DNA of 51,041 nt from Aquificota bacterium (lineage in GTDB: Bacteria; Thermosulfidibacterota; Thermosulfidibacteria; Thermosulfidibacterales; B14-G1): contig WFSI01000033.1 in NCBI GenBank assembly GCA_015486105.1, positions 1-51,041 of the forward strand. The letters are read 5' to 3'. Of the stretch, positions 20,613 through 29,830 are shown piece by piece (position 1 is the stretch's first letter; each line of letters begins with the position of its first letter). A program made the position numbers and the translations under genes. The notes below the pieces were generated by a model, which did not search any database, was not told the origin of the DNA, and saw only the letters and a list, made by a program, of their open reading frames with translations.

Positions 20613-21102
20613 CTTACTTCTGCCCCTAAGCCCCAAGAAAAATGACTTGAGCATATTGGACGCTCTCTTTTCCAAAACCCCTGGCAGATAATTCACCTTG
20701 TGGTTAAAACGGGGATCATCCAGTACCCTATACAGAGAAACCACCGCTCCCGCTTTGGGATCTCTGGCTCCAAAAAACAGATAGCTTAAGCGAGACTGTA
20801 TAATAGCACCAGCGCACATGATGCAAGGCTCCAAAGTGACAAAAAGACTACACCCCTCAAGCCTCCAATCCCCCATTCTTTTGGAAGCTTCTTTTATGGC
20901 CAAGATTTCAGCATGAGCCGTAGGATCCCCCAAGGTCTCCATGAGATTATGAGCCCGAGCTACAATATTGTAGCCCCCATCCACCATAACAGCCCCCACA
21001 GGGACTTCTCCAAGGTAAAAAGCCTTCTGGGCCTCCTCGATAGCCTCTTCCATGAAGCCATGTAGGATTCTTTCATTAAAGTATACCATTATCCCCTTCA
21101 GA

Positions 21103-21179
21103 TGGCGCGCCCAGAGGGAGTCGAACCCCCAACCCCGGGATCCGTAGTCCCGTGCTCTATCCAGTTGAGCTATGGGCGC
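21103..21179 (-). tRNA. tRNA-Arg (anticodon ACG), encoded CCA
   Basis: Hand-folded 77-nt cloverleaf: GCGCCCA acceptor stem, anticodon loop CUACGGA, T-loop GGTTCGACTCC, and CCA. Confidence 0.9.
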
Positions 21180-21272
21180 ACTTTTTGGATCCAGAAGAAC
21201 TGGGAAGCTGGCCTTTATATATACGCTTCTCCCCTCTCTCTGTCAACACCCACCCTTGCCAAGAACCCTCTA

Positions 21273-21992
21273 TTAAGCATTTTTATGGATTCCCCAAGTA
21301 TCCAACTTCCCCTCCCGTAGAAGACGCTCCACCAGATGATCCATTATGCCCAACTGCCGCCATCCCCTGGCCCTGAGAACGCAGCTATCACAACGCCCAC
21401 AGGGAATCTCTCTCCCCTGATAGCAGGATATAGACTCGGAGTAGTCCACTCCTAAGGACAACCCCAAGGCGATGATCTGCCCCTTAGTGAGATGAATGAG
21501 AGGAGCATGGATAACAAAACCTTCCCCCTCAACCCCTGCCTTCGTACCCAAGTTGATAGCATCCTCCATAGCTTTAAGAAACTCCCCTCGGCAATCGGGA
21601 TACCCAGAAAAATCCACGGCGTTCCACCCCCCCACCAAATGGGGGATTCCTCTCCCTTCGGCCCAGGCAGCAGCCAAAGAAAGAAACACACCATTTCTAA
21701 AAGGAACATATGTGATGGGAATCCCCCCTCTTGTGGGCTCCCTATTCATGGGGAGCTCTAAAGAAGGGTCTGTTAAGGCTGAGCCCCTCACCTGGGTCAA
21801 ATCTACTTCCAAGACACCATGCTCCTTCACCCCTGCCCTCTGGGCTATTCTGCGCGCCATTTCCACCTCTAAGACATGGCGCTGGCCATAGGAAAAAGTA
21901 AGGGTGTACACTTTATCAAAGCGATCTATAGCCCAGTAAAGGGCAGTAGTGGAGTCTAATCCTCCAGAGAACACGACCAGGGCTTTATTCAT
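21273..21992 (-). CDS. queC: 7-cyano-7-deazaguanine (preQ0) synthase
   Basis: It has the PP-loop [11 protein letters not shown] and a C-terminal zinc cluster (CYQG...CGRCDSC). ATG 21992 is preceded by AGGTGA; TTG at 21995 is an alternative start. Confidence 0.92.
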   Translation of the reverse strand: MNKALVVFSGGLDSTTALYWAIDRFDKVYTLTFSYGQRHVLEVEMARRIAQRAGVKEHGVLEVDLTQVRGSALTDPSLELPMNREPTRGGIPITYVPFRNGVFLSLAAAWAEGRGIPHLVGGWNAVDFSGYPDCRGEFLKAMEDAINLGTKAGVEGEGFVIHAPLIHLTKGQIIALGLSLGVDYSESISCYQGREIPCGRCDSCVLRARGWRQLGIMDHLVERLLREGKLDTWGIHKNA

Positions 21993-22136
21993 CAAACGAT
22001 CACCTTTTCATAAGGGCCCTTCCTAAAAGATACCAGCAGGCTTGTCAAGAGAACCCCCCTCAAGACTTCTCCCAGTTTAGGGAAAAGCCGTATTAAGTCC
22101 CACCACCTCACTCACTCTCCCTCCCCCCTTCCCTTC

Positions 22137-22817
22137 TCATCTTCCCCTTTCCCTGCCCCATAGGATTTTATGTAACTGGGGCAAAAAACGGACATCAACC
22201 CGCTCCCATTTCCCCACCCTTTGAAGAAAAGTCTCCACCATATTCCCAACCTCCCCCTGATACTGAGAAAAGGACACCCCCCTGTCCAAAGGCTGGATCA
22301 CTAAGGGGACCTCTATGCCCAAGGAAGGGTACTCCTTCAAAAGGCTATCCACAGCCTTCCAATCTCCCTCACCTACCACTAGCTTTACCTGGAGTCTTGA
22401 GGAAAAAGCCTCCACGTACCTGGAAAATACCCCATAAGGAAAAGGACCCACTCCTGCCGAGGGGAGCTTGGGAGAAGCTGTCACCACGGAAAAGCGTCCA
22501 AGGATCTCTGGCTCCCACAAGGTAGCATTAGTCTCCAAGGCCAAGGTCCATGAAGGGAGAAGATCCAAAAGCCTCACCATTTCCCGAGCCTGCAAAAGGG
22601 GCTCCCCCCCTGTTACCACCAAATAACGACAAGGGAAAGTCTCCAATTGTTCCTGGAGGACCTGGACAGAAACCTCATCTCCCTCCTTCCAGGCATAGGC
22701 CGTATCACAGGTGACACATCGAAGATTACAGCCGGCTAAACGCAAAAAGACTCCAGGGCGGCCAATGTCTTGACCTTCCCCCTGAAGAGAATAGAAGATT
22801 TCAGAAACCCTAAGCAC
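22137..22817 (-). CDS. queE: 7-carboxy-7-deazaguanine synthase (radical SAM)
   Basis: 226 aa with EIFYSLQGEG and the LAGCNLRCVTCDT cluster motif. Confidence 0.88.
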   Translation of the reverse strand: MLRVSEIFYSLQGEGQDIGRPGVFLRLAGCNLRCVTCDTAYAWKEGDEVSVQVLQEQLETFPCRYLVVTGGEPLLQAREMVRLLDLLPSWTLALETNATLWEPEILGRFSVVTASPKLPSAGVGPFPYGVFSRYVEAFSSRLQVKLVVGEGDWKAVDSLLKEYPSLGIEVPLVIQPLDRGVSFSQYQGEVGNMVETFLQRVGKWERVDVRFLPQLHKILWGRERGR

Positions 22818-23372
22818 TCACTTAATATAAGGCATCATGGCCTTAAATTGGGGGGTACCGGCCTGCTCCAACATCTCAAATACTATGGTCTCTGTGGGCT
22901 TTATCCATGCTCCGGCAGAATCCATGACATCCAAGGCCCGGAGATGATTTCTCTGGGCCCTGGAACCTACCCCGTCGTATGCCAGATGAACATCCCATCC
23001 CTGAGCCAGCAGGTGGATCACCGTTTGGTAAACACATACGTGGGCCTCAATACCTGCGACCACCGCCTGATCCCGTCCGGCCCTCCTGAGCTGGAAGATC
23101 CTGTCCCTAAAGGCATCATCACCCATGCAACTGAAGGTCACCTTTTCTATAGGATCGTAAAGATCCCCCAACTCCCTCCTCAATCCCTCCACTGTCCTGC
23201 CCAAGCCCTTGGGATACTGCTCCGTGAGAAGCATAGGCAACTGATAGGTCTTAGCAAGGGCCAAGAGCTTCACAATGTTCTCCTCCACTTCTTGGGCATT
23301 GTATATGGCAGGCAGGAGCCGATCTTGCATATCAATAACAAGCAAAAAACCCCTATCCTTTTCCACAAACAT
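22818..23372 (-). CDS. isochorismatase-family cysteine hydrolase
   Basis: 184 aa with an LVIDMQ N-terminus and the catalytic-Cys region GIEAHVCV. Confidence 0.8.
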   Translation of the reverse strand: MFVEKDRGFLLVIDMQDRLLPAIYNAQEVEENIVKLLALAKTYQLPMLLTEQYPKGLGRTVEGLRRELGDLYDPIEKVTFSCMGDDAFRDRIFQLRRAGRDQAVVAGIEAHVCVYQTVIHLLAQGWDVHLAYDGVGSRAQRNHLRALDVMDSAGAWIKPTETIVFEMLEQAGTPQFKAMMPYIK

Positions 23373-23381
23373 TCTAACCTC

Positions 23382-24263
23382 CTATGACACCAGAAGGACC
23401 GAGCACTGGGCCAGCTCCGCCACCCTATGGGAAGCTGAGCCCATCCAGAACTCTTTAATCATATCCTTACCCGTAGTGCCCATAACTATCAATGTAGCAT
23501 CCAAACCCTCAGCAGACTGGAGGATCTCCTTCACTGTATTGCCCACGAAAACATGAGCATGAGCCTCCAAGCCCAACTGAGCAAGCTCTTGCATATACAT
23601 GTTAAGGTTTTTCATGCCCTGATTTGTCTTTGGCTCTATATCTTGGGGAGAAAGCTCCCTCACCTCCTTTTCGCTCACCACATGAACAAGCTCCACCTTC
23701 TCTACCACAGAAGCCAGCCCCATAACCACCCCTAAGGCTTTTTCCGACGGAAGAGAAAAGTCCATGGGAAGAAGGATGTTTTTAAAAAGGTTATCACCTA
23801 CCCCTTCCACCCTCTTCATAACCAATATGGGAATCTCACTATGCCTAACAATCTTCAGTACGGTGGAACCTATATCCAGCTCCTCTGGATCATCTTGCTG
23901 TGTACCCAAGGCAATGAGATTAACCAGTTCCTCCTGAGCCGTAAGAAGAATGGACCTCCAAGGCACTCCTACCTTCACCAAGACCCTAGCCTTCAACCCT
24001 GCCCCTTCTACCATCTTGCTCCACTCCCGAAGGCGAACCAGGGCCTCAGCCTCCAGCTTTTTTTGAGCTTCTTTCAAAAACCCTCCATAAGGTACAAAAC
24101 CCACATCCTCTATTTGCAAAACATGATAAAGGATGATCTCCTCTAATCCTACCTCCTTTAAGGGAAGAAGAGCCTTCAACTCAGAAAGGGTCATAGTCTC
24201 GAAATCACTGGCGAACATTGCTTTTCCCACCTTCACTATCCACCTCCTCCTTAAGGGCTTCAC
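23382..24263 (-). CDS. tandem universal stress protein (UspA-family)
   Basis: 293 aa with two USP-like halves. The second ends in GTTGKD...GSASHRVAELAQCSVLLV. Confidence 0.75.
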   Translation of the reverse strand: MKPLRRRWIVKVGKAMFASDFETMTLSELKALLPLKEVGLEEIILYHVLQIEDVGFVPYGGFLKEAQKKLEAEALVRLREWSKMVEGAGLKARVLVKVGVPWRSILLTAQEELVNLIALGTQQDDPEELDIGSTVLKIVRHSEIPILVMKRVEGVGDNLFKNILLPMDFSLPSEKALGVVMGLASVVEKVELVHVVSEKEVRELSPQDIEPKTNQGMKNLNMYMQELAQLGLEAHAHVFVGNTVKEILQSAEGLDATLIVMGTTGKDMIKEFWMGSASHRVAELAQCSVLLVS

Positions 24264-24312
24264 AAGACTTTAGACTTCAACCACCATCCCCCTTATCTAA
24301 GCACCCTCACTA

Positions 24313-25401
24313 CTAATCATCAAAGTAAGGGGGCATACATTCCTCCCAAGCCACCTCCTCTACCAAATCAACTAAAGCCTCCAGAGCTTCCTCCATACTT
24401 ACTTTAGCAACAACCCTCCCTTTTGCAAAGAGAATAGCTCCCTTCCTTCCTCCTGCCATACCCACATGGGCTTCTCGGGCTTCACCAGGACCATTCACCC
24501 CACACCCCATAACGGCAACCTTCAGAGGAACCTTAACATGGTCCAGCCTCTCTCTCAGAGCCTCCACCATGGAAATAAGATCCCACTCACAACGACCACA
24601 AGTAGGGCACGAGATGATCTCCACCTTATCCCTCCTCAAACCCAGGGACCTAAGAATCTCTAAACCTACCTCCACCTCCTGCTCGGGGTCCCCTGTCAGA
24701 GAAATCCTGAGGGTATCACCAATACCCTGGGCAAGGAGAATAGATAGACCCGCTACAGACTTCACAACACCTGGTCTCCCTGCACCTGCCTCCGTCACTC
24801 CCAGATGAAGGGGGTAGTCCCGAAGATGGGAAAAGATCTCGTAAGCCTCCACCGTCTCCATTGCCCCTGAAGCCTTCAGAGAAACCTTCATCTCCAAATA
24901 GTTCATATCCTCCAGAAGGATCACATGCCTTAAGGCGCTTTCCACCAAAGCCCGGGGATGGGGACCACCGTACTTATCAAGAATATCCTTCTCCAAGGAA
25001 CCGGTATTGACCCCTATGCGGATGGGTACCATCCTCTCTCGAGCCGCTTCCACTACCTCTTTCACCTTCCACTTAGCACCAATGTTCCCCGGGTTGATCC
25101 TCAAACCATCCACCCCAGCCTCCAAAGCAGCTAAGGCTAAGCGATAATCGAAATGGATGTCGGCCACCAGGGGAACCTTCAAGGCCTCCTCATAAAGGGA
25201 TAACCTGCCCGCTGCCTCTTTGTCTGGAACGGCCATACGAATTATCTCACAACCTACCGCCTCCAGCCGCCTGGCCTGTTTCAAGGTAGACTCCACGTCT
25301 CGGGTGTCTGTCTTGGTCATGGACTGGACAGACAGGGGAGCCTCCCCTCCTACATGCACCTCCCCCAGTTTAATCATACGGGTCCTTCGCCTCACCATCA
25401 T
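24313..25401 (-). CDS. ispG: 4-hydroxy-3-methylbut-2-en-1-yl diphosphate synthase
   Basis: 362 aa with a TIM-barrel N-domain and the CPTCGRC plus GCGVNGPGE 4Fe-4S domain. Confidence 0.92.
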   Translation of the reverse strand: MMVRRRTRMIKLGEVHVGGEAPLSVQSMTKTDTRDVESTLKQARRLEAVGCEIIRMAVPDKEAAGRLSLYEEALKVPLVADIHFDYRLALAALEAGVDGLRINPGNIGAKWKVKEVVEAARERMVPIRIGVNTGSLEKDILDKYGGPHPRALVESALRHVILLEDMNYLEMKVSLKASGAMETVEAYEIFSHLRDYPLHLGVTEAGAGRPGVVKSVAGLSILLAQGIGDTLRISLTGDPEQEVEVGLEILRSLGLRRDKVEIISCPTCGRCEWDLISMVEALRERLDHVKVPLKVAVMGCGVNGPGEAREAHVGMAGGRKGAILFAKGRVVAKVSMEEALEALVDLVEEVAWEECMPPYFDD

Positions 25402-25488
25402 AGCCCTCCTTTTCTAAAGGATAGAAGGGGCCTTTTCCAGTCCCCCTTTTTGGCATAGACTCTTTTAATCAGACCAAGGAGGGTAAAG

Positions 25489-26679
25489 ATGAACAGAATA
25501 GATGGAGGAATAACGGCTCCCAAGGGCTTCATAGCAGGGGGTTTATGCTGCGGCATAAAAAATGGCGTTTCAGACTTAGGCATTCTGGTTTCCCAAGGAG
25601 AATCATCGGCAGCGGGCACTTTCACCACCAATCTGGTTAAGGCAGCACCTGTCTTAGTCTCATCCCAACAAATCTCACGAGGCAAAAACCGGGCCGTTGT
25701 GGTGAACAGCGGAAATGCCAATGCCTGCACAGGAGAGAGAGGAATGAAAGACGCCTGGCAGATGGTCGAGGAAACGGCAGCCACCCTAAGGATAAACCCC
25801 CAAGAGGTCTTGGTATGCTCCACGGGAATCATTGGAGAACCCCTGCCCATAGATAAGATAAAAAAAGGAATACATGAACTGGGTCCCCAGCTATCCCCCA
25901 AAGGAAACAAGGCCTTCGCCCAGGCCATCCTCACTACCGATAAGAACACCAAAGAAGTTGCCTTAGAGGTTCCCACATCCCAAGGCACCTTCAGGGTGGG
26001 AGGAGCAGCCAAGGGAGCGGGCATGGTCCACCCCCACATGGCCACCATGCTTGCCTTCATCACTACGGACCTGGAAATAGTCCCCCCTACCCTCCAAAGA
26101 TGTCTAAAAGAAGCGGTAGAACTCTCCTTCAACCGCATCTCTATAGACGGCGACACCAGCACCAACGACACAGCCTTGATTCTCGCCAACAGTGCCTCAG
26201 GGCTCAAAGGGGAAGGAAAAAACCTCCAGGCCTTCCAGGAAGCCATAAAAGAGGTGTGTAAGACCTTAGCCTCCATGATGGTAAAAGACGGAGAAGGAGC
26301 CACTAAGGCGGTCAAAATAATGGTAAAGGGTTCCTCCTCCCCCAAAGATGGAGAAAAGGCAGCTAGAAGATTGGCCAACTCCCTTTTAGTGAAGACAGCC
26401 CTCTACGGCGAAGACCCCAACTGGGGGAGACTTATGGCTGCCTTGGGGTCCTCAGGATGCCTGGTAGATCCCTTGCGAGTAAAGGTATGGATAGGGGACA
26501 CCCAAGTGGTTCAGGGTGGAGAGGGTATGCCCGGTGCAGAAGAAAAAGCTCACAGGATTATGAAACAGAGGGGATACACCATAACCCTGGATTTGGGCTT
26601 AGGGTCCCATGAATATTGGATATGGACATGCGACCTCAGCTACAATTACATCCGTATAAACGCCGAGTACAGGAGCTGA
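25489..26679 (+). CDS. argJ: bifunctional ornithine acetyltransferase / N-acetylglutamate synthase
   Basis: 396 aa with the autoprocessing site region HMATMLAFITTD and a C-terminal DLSYNYIRINAEYRS. Confidence 0.92.
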   Translation: MNRIDGGITAPKGFIAGGLCCGIKNGVSDLGILVSQGESSAAGTFTTNLVKAAPVLVSSQQISRGKNRAVVVNSGNANACTGERGMKDAWQMVEETAATLRINPQEVLVCSTGIIGEPLPIDKIKKGIHELGPQLSPKGNKAFAQAILTTDKNTKEVALEVPTSQGTFRVGGAAKGAGMVHPHMATMLAFITTDLEIVPPTLQRCLKEAVELSFNRISIDGDTSTNDTALILANSASGLKGEGKNLQAFQEAIKEVCKTLASMMVKDGEGATKAVKIMVKGSSSPKDGEKAARRLANSLLVKTALYGEDPNWGRLMAALGSSGCLVDPLRVKVWIGDTQVVQGGEGMPGAEEKAHRIMKQRGYTITLDLGLGSHEYWIWTCDLSYNYIRINAEYRS

Positions 26680-26685
26680 GGCAGG

Positions 26686-27678
26686 TCATTTCTCCTGGAT
26701 AGTCTCCTCTACCTTCATACCAAAGTGACGGCCCCCCTTTTCCCCATGGACCAAAACCCTGTCCCCAGGCTGAAGCTTCACTACAGACATGGGTTCTCCC
26801 TGGGGAGACACCAAGCGGATGGTCTCAGCGTTCTGGAGGATACAGCTCCCCTCCATATCTCCCACCTGGGCCTTCACCAGAAGGAGAGGCCTCCTCTCTA
26901 CTTTGGCCCTACCCACCAAACCAGACTTAGCTTCGCCCCTGTAGTCCACCAGCAATACCTCGTCCCCTGCCTGAAGCTCCGAGAGGTACCGACTCCTACC
27001 CTCAGGAATCAGAGTATAAGCATGGACTGCCCCCGCATTGACCCGGAATGGTCGGGGAGACACATACGGGTTCTCTATACTCTCAGCATGAACAAGGAAA
27101 AGGAAGGCACTGGAGTTGCCCACCAACATCCCTTCCCCCTTACCCATAAGGGTACAGGTATCTACACAAACACGATCTCCCAACCCTAAAGGCCTCACTT
27201 CCCGGATAACAGCCTCTGCCAATTCCACTCTTCCCCCCTCCTCCCGAACCATGAGGACCATCTCCCTCAAAAGGCCTGGATCATCTACATCTATCACTAC
27301 CCCTCCCACACCCTTCTCCAAGACCCCCAGGGCCATAGCCATCTCCTCTCTGGCCCTGACCACGGCAAAGACCTCGTCCGAAGCAGCTACCAGGTTTTCT
27401 AAAGGGATAACCTGCCAGTCAGTAGCCTCCACCACAACCAAACCCTTGTGGGCTAAGGTTAACGCCTCCTCCTGATCTTCCCCAGAGGAGATAACCACAG
27501 GGAAAAAATCCTTTCCAGGCTCCAAGTCCCCTCCTTCACCTAACACCTTCACCCTACCCAACTCCCTCACCTTGGATGCCGCTGCCTCCTCCACCCAAAC
27601 CCCATGGGCCCCTGCCTCCAGGGCAGTAGTGATCAGATCCTTCCTGTAAGGAATCACCCTCACCCAGACCTCTTTCAA
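26686..27678 (-). CDS. aroB': 3-dehydroquinate synthase type II (archaeal-type, AroB')
   Basis: 330 aa. It is collinear with my recollection of the Methanocaldococcus MJ1249 family ([62 protein letters not shown]). Confidence 0.85.
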   Translation of the reverse strand: MKEVWVRVIPYRKDLITTALEAGAHGVWVEEAAASKVRELGRVKVLGEGGDLEPGKDFFPVVISSGEDQEEALTLAHKGLVVVEATDWQVIPLENLVAASDEVFAVVRAREEMAMALGVLEKGVGGVVIDVDDPGLLREMVLMVREEGGRVELAEAVIREVRPLGLGDRVCVDTCTLMGKGEGMLVGNSSAFLFLVHAESIENPYVSPRPFRVNAGAVHAYTLIPEGRSRYLSELQAGDEVLLVDYRGEAKSGLVGRAKVERRPLLLVKAQVGDMEGSCILQNAETIRLVSPQGEPMSVVKLQPGDRVLVHGEKGGRHFGMKVEETIQEK

Positions 27679-28466
27679 CGCAACACCCCCAGTGCTTCCT
27701 CCAGGGACGCACCTTTGTGAACCAAGAGAGAAATGGCTTCCACCATCTTATGGGGATTGGAATGCTGAAAGACGTTTCTTCCAATAGAAACACCAGCACC
27801 CCCAGCATCCATAGCTCCCTTCACCATGACCAGCACATCCTCATCTGTGTCCATCTTCTCTCCACCCGCTATGAGCACAGGAACAGGGCATCCATGGGTC
27901 ACTTCCTGGAAACTCTCAGGATCACCCGTATAGGGTACTTTCACCAGATCAGCCCCCAACTCCGCCCCCAAACGAGCAGCGTGTTTCACCACTGCCACGT
28001 CGTAAGGGTTCTCGATCTTGGGTCCACGAGGATAGACCATGGCCAAAAGAGGCATACCCCAATCCAAACAACTGGACGCCACTCGGCCAAAGTCCCTAAG
28101 CATGGTCTTCTCATCTGGGGCCCCAATATTAACATGGATAGAAACAGCATCGGCCCCCAGCTTTATGGCCTCCTCCACGGTACACACCAGCACCTTACAG
28201 TTGGGGTCCTGGGCCAAGGCTGTACCGGCGGAAAGGTGAATGATGAGACCTATATCCTCTCCCCCTCCCCGGTGTCCTACAGCCACCATGCCCTTGTGCA
28301 ACACCACGGCATTAGCCCCTCCCTGGGCCACGGCATTTACCATCTCCTTCAGGGTGGTAAGACCCTTAATGGGCCCCACTGTAACCCCATGGTCCATAGG
28401 AACAACCACTATGGTCCCTTTGGCCCTATCCATGATTCTTTCCATGCGAATGGTCTTACCTATCAT
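27675..28466 (-). CDS. aroA': 2-amino-3,7-dideoxy-D-threo-hept-6-ulosonate (ADH) synthase, DhnA-type class I aldolase (AroA')
   Basis: 263 aa. It is very similar to my recollection of the MJ0400 family ([57 protein letters not shown]). It overlaps aroB' by 4 nt. Confidence 0.85.
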   Translation of the reverse strand: MIGKTIRMERIMDRAKGTIVVVPMDHGVTVGPIKGLTTLKEMVNAVAQGGANAVVLHKGMVAVGHRGGGEDIGLIIHLSAGTALAQDPNCKVLVCTVEEAIKLGADAVSIHVNIGAPDEKTMLRDFGRVASSCLDWGMPLLAMVYPRGPKIENPYDVAVVKHAARLGAELGADLVKVPYTGDPESFQEVTHGCPVPVLIAGGEKMDTDEDVLVMVKGAMDAGGAGVSIGRNVFQHSNPHKMVEAISLLVHKGASLEEALGVLR

Positions 28467-28472
28467 GAGTCA

Positions 28473-28522
28473 CCTCCTAAAAATTAGGGCCGAGGGTTGG
28501 GGTCCCACGGCCCTAAGGGAGG
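28473..28522 (-). promoter_or_regulatory. second leader hairpin plus potential anti-SD/SD pairing in front of aroA'
   Basis: Minus-strand RNA reads CCUCC-C-[UUAGGGCCG-(15 nt)-CGGCCCUAA]-UUUUU-AGGAGG-UGACUC-AUG. The 9-bp hairpin spans 28516..28484 and is followed by U5. The CCUCC at 28522..28518 is complementary to the SD at 28478..28473. Confidence 0.45.
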
Positions 28523-28562
28523 AAAAGAAAAAGGGCCATGGACTTCTGCCTGCCCACGGCCC
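28523..28562 (-). terminator. intrinsic-terminator-like hairpin (segments 3:4 of the aro leader attenuator)
   Basis: Minus-strand GGGCCGUGG (28562..28554), a 12-nt loop, then CCAUGGCCC (28541..28533). This is 9 bp including one G-U pair. UUUUUCUUUU follows immediately, about 57 nt upstream of the aroA' ATG. Confidence 0.6.
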
Positions 28563-28573
28563 CCTTGTCTAAA

Positions 28574-28675
28574 CTACAAACCGGGAGACCTCTTAGGCAG
28601 GCCCCACCAGTAATAAAACCAAAACCAGCTATACTCGCTATATGAAATCCCTCTCCTACTCATGAGCCTACTCAT
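28574..28675 (-). CDS. aromatic-rich leader peptide (33 codons) of the aroA'/aroB' operon
   Basis: My own translation of the minus strand gives MSRLMSRRGISYSEYSWFWFYYWWGLPKRSPGL*. ATG 28675 is preceded by GAGGGGGG. Ten of 33 codons are aromatic, with 8 consecutive (28627..28604). The ORF is too short for the supplied ORF track. Confidence 0.6.
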   Translation of the reverse strand: MSRLMSRRGISYSEYSWFWFYYWWGLPKRSPGL

Positions 28676-28841
28676 ACCCCCCTCAAAACCCCTTGTCAAG
28701 AAAACCCCCCAAAATTCTCCCTAAGTTTTTGAAGTTCTAGTGGACAGGATATCCCCCAAGTATTTTTCTAACTCTTCGAGACCTAATCCTTCTCCAGCCC
28801 TATACTGGAAAGAGACATGGAAGGGTATTATTATCCCGAAA

Positions 28842-29078
28842 ATGAGGAAAAGAGACTGGATCAAGGTCTATAATGCCCAAGGAACAGCTGAGGCCCATAT
28901 AATAAAGGGGCTGTTGGAATCCAGTGGTATACCAGTATCCTTAGACTATGAGGCAGTGGGCTCTCTCCTGGGCCTCACCACCGATGGATTGGGGGAGATT
29001 GGTGTTTTAGTGCCTATTCAATGGGAGAAAGTGGCCCGAACCCTTCTCGATCAAGAGGAAAGCGAAAAAGAACCCTGA
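28842..29078 (+). CDS. small DUF2007-like protein (putative signal-transducing domain)
   Basis: ORF 28740..29078 with a probable start at ATG 28842. WIKVYNAQGTAEAHIIKGLLESSGIPV resembles the DUF2007 fold signature. Confidence 0.5.
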   Translation: MRKRDWIKVYNAQGTAEAHIIKGLLESSGIPVSLDYEAVGSLLGLTTDGLGEIGVLVPIQWEKVARTLLDQEESEKEP

Positions 29079-29465
29079 AGGCTTAATAGCTTTTCCCCTC
29101 TAACCATGGTGAAATAAGTGGTGGAAAAGGCCTGATGATTTGTACCAGATAGGTTGAAAACCACACCCCCTATCTCCACCTCGTTCAAGGCCTCCAAGCT
29201 CCTCACCAAAGATTCCCTTCCCACCCCTGATCCCACGCTCCTGAGGGCCCCAACAAAAAGAATAGCCGCCAGGAACCCTATCAAGCTGGTATGGGAAGGC
29301 TCCTCCTCCCACCCCCAAGCTTTCTGAACTCCTGGATTATAGGCAAAAGTGCCTGGGGACGAGGAACCACATGGCACACCAAGGTTCCTTCTCCCGATTC
29401 TCCAGCAGCCTTGGCATAGGCCTCCCCCCTAAGAAAGAAAGAGCCAACAGCATAGGAGGTAATCC
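29051..29465 (-). pseudogene. frameshifted C-terminal remnant of a LivK-like branched-chain amino acid ABC substrate-binding protein
   Basis: Two overlapping frames together read AYAKAAGESGEGTLVCHVVPRPQALLPIIQEFRK / EEPSHTSLIGFLAAILFVGALRSVGSGVGRESLVRSLEALNEVEIGGVVFNLSGTNHQAFSTTYFTMVRGEKLLSL, which is the typical SBP tail. The frames switch in a G-run near 29300. The N-terminal roughly 250 aa and the signal peptide are absent. Confidence 0.5.
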
Positions 29466-29830
29466 ACCTTTTCGGAAAGGGAAAAGTCCTCTTGGGAGAA
29501 AACCTTCTCTCCCTTCCCTTTTCCCACAGAGACAACGCCGTAAAGTCTATCCTTTACAAAAAGGGGACAAGACATGAAGCTTGCCTCATAAGGCTTGCAA
29601 GCAGGATGAGCCTCATGATCTTCTCTGTAATTTGCCACAAATATGGGTTTCTTTTCTGCAGCCACCCACCCCGTCACCCCCTCACCCAAACAAACCTCAG
29701 AGGGCAAGCCTTCTTGAGACATACCTGCCACCAACAAGGTAAAAAGACATCTCTCCCTCCCCCTCCAAAGGAAAAGGGGAATAGATCCACCGCGAAAAAG
29801 ATCTTTTACGGGGACCATAGCAGACTTCAA
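29429..29830 (-). CDS. GAF-domain protein (possibly 3'-truncated)
   Basis: 133 aa with a GAF core (GEGVTGWVAAEKKPIFVANY...SFMSCPLFVKDRLYGVVSVG...FSQEDFSL). The C-terminal residues run into the LivK-like remnant. Start is TTG at 29830. Confidence 0.6.
   Translation of the reverse strand: MKSAMVPVKDLFRGGSIPLFLWRGRERCLFTLLVAGMSQEGLPSEVCLGEGVTGWVAAEKKPIFVANYREDHEAHPACKPYEASFMSCPLFVKDRLYGVVSVGKGKGEKVFSQEDFSLSEKVDYLLCCWLFLS

Noticed and set aside
21996-22136. Possible preQ1 riboswitch in the 141-nt gap between queE and queC.
   Set aside because: I read the minus strand and found no small hairpin followed by an A-rich tail that resembles the preQ1-I consensus, nor anything I recognise as class II or III. 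The gap has a TTGACA but no convincing -10 element. A covariance-model scan would be needed to be sure.
25398-26378. 326-aa minus-strand ORF antisense to argJ. Similar long antisense ORFs occur at 12863..13681, 27717..28487, 22770..23387, 19412..20020 and 20039..20593.
   Set aside because: Each lies fully opposite a gene with unmistakable family motifs. Their products are Ser/Pro/Leu-rich with no recognisable domain. They are typical shadow ORFs produced by this codon bias.
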